Source of the DNA: Octopus vulgaris | Lineage: Eukaryota | Direction: 5' to 3' | Length of the DNA stretch: 64,000 nt | Assembly: GCA_951406725.2 (NCBI GenBank) | Contig: OX597831.1 | Span: 54,002,001 to 54,066,000, forward strand | Shown here: positions 62,700 through 64,000 of the stretch, in pieces | Position numbering within the stretch: the first letter of the stretch is position 1 | How the letters are laid out: each line of letters opens with the position of its first letter | The notes under the pieces: model-generated | What the model was told of the DNA's origin: nothing | What the model saw: the letters and a program-made list of their open reading frames with translations, nothing else | Databases searched by the model: none | Position numbers and translations under genes: made by a program

Positions 62700-63376
62700 C
62701 ATTAGTTGTTAGATGCCTAAGGGCTACTACTTACATTTATTCATTTTAACTGATGTATTTACATGTGTGTGAGTGGGTGTTTTTTTTCTAATATAAAAAT
62801 GTTTGTCAAAATTGGAAAATGATTTTGACCTGAATTTTTGAATTGAATTTCTGACTTTATACAATAATATAGTAGTTTTTTATTACCCAATCCCAAATGA
62901 AAGTATTAGGTGTCTTATTAGTAATGTATGAGTTCATATTAATTGTATGATCCCATATGGAGTGTTTCTGTAAGTGAAAATTGTGCGGGAGATTTTCTTT
63001 TAATGGGATATGTTTTTTATGCTTTTTCTTTAGCCTCCTTGTTTAAGACTTCAGATCCTAGCTGTCAATTTTGCTTATAAGTAGAAAACAAATGTTATGA
63101 AAGATGTATTTTATTTATATTTATAGAATTACTCATAATGGCATTTGTTTTTCTCTATGGGCTTTTGGAAATTTTTGCATTTACATCTTATTGTATTGCA
63201 ATAATGCTTTAATGGAACATTTACATTTAGTGCATTGTAAAATTGAGCAATGAAGCATCATTTGTGTTGAGTGTTATTACATGTAAAATAATAAAATTCT
63301 ATAGTTATGGCTACTATAACTATTGTTTTGCACACACGTGTATATAGACGTCTTAATTGACTTTTTTTTTTTGCAG

Positions 63377-63452
63377 GTTACATAATCCAATATTGTATGA
63401 AATAACTTGACTGCCCCAGATTACATTGAGGAATTACCAGCACCATTGTAAG
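63377..63452 (+). other. Candidate non-coding exon (71 or 76 nt)
   Basis: ttaattgac-(T)11-GCAG acceptor; donors ATT|GTAAGG (63447) or AAG|GTAAAA (63452); stops in all frames. Confidence 0.35.
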
Positions 63453-64000
63453 GTAAAATAAGAAACATTTATTCATTAGATTTTCCCTTCCCTTAATACT
63501 TTGGCGTTATATTAAAGGGATGGTGCATGCTGTTTCATGCTTTACTCTGGTCTTTAGAATTCTCTTGTCTTACATTACGGTAAAAAAAAGAAAATCTTTT
63601 TTTCAAAATCATTCCTATAGGAATAGATTATGATTTATTTTAGTATCTTAAATCCAACTGATTTGTTCATATATTCAAATTTTTAGATTTTCATTTTGCT
63701 TTATATCTCATAATAGAAATAGATAAAAAGATGAGCTTAATGCTACTTTTCAAAGATATAGCAAGGAAAGAGTATTGTTCTTAACTGTTATATAGAATCA
63801 CTGACTTTTAAACACTGGTAACAAACATACAGATTTAGTTAGATACAAGTGGCATGTGAATTTTCAGTGGATTTTCTACCAACATTGTCTTGATAAACAT
63901 ACTAAATCCCTTTTTTTCCTTTTTTTATTTATTTATTTTTTTGTTATACATATATCATCTCTTAGTGAGGAGCGAGGGGAACTTTTAAGTGCCTTCAAGA

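Overview
AT-rich, repeat-dense eukaryotic (animal) DNA with no intact protein-coding gene. The SINE families, RTE LINE, (TA)n/(CA)n/(CAT)n microsatellites and MITEs look like an octopus (cephalopod) genome; this is inferred from repeat recognition, not a database search. The window most likely lies in a very long intron or UTR region of a + strand transcript. Identifiable content is mostly transposon debris: pogo, Tc1 and mariner transposase pseudogenes, an internally deleted piggyBac, piggyBac- and hAT-type MITEs, a non-autonomous Helitron, RTE and CR1/Jockey-like LINE fragments, and three tRNA-derived SINE families. Nearly all ORFs in the supplied track are microsatellite or chance ORFs. The most interesting signals are four. 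(1) A strong recursive-splice-type site (Y-tract-CAG|GTGAGT, 8948/8949) opens a 33-nt exon with stops in all frames. (2) A Penelope-type minimal hammerhead ribozyme motif sits at 1667-1747 (-). (3) Two (TA)n-embedded elements share one head-plus-foldback architecture but have different arm sequences. (4) Several local foldbacks (34-90 bp arms) are potential dsRNA/ADAR substrates or template-switch scars. Coordinates of decayed repeats are approximate.
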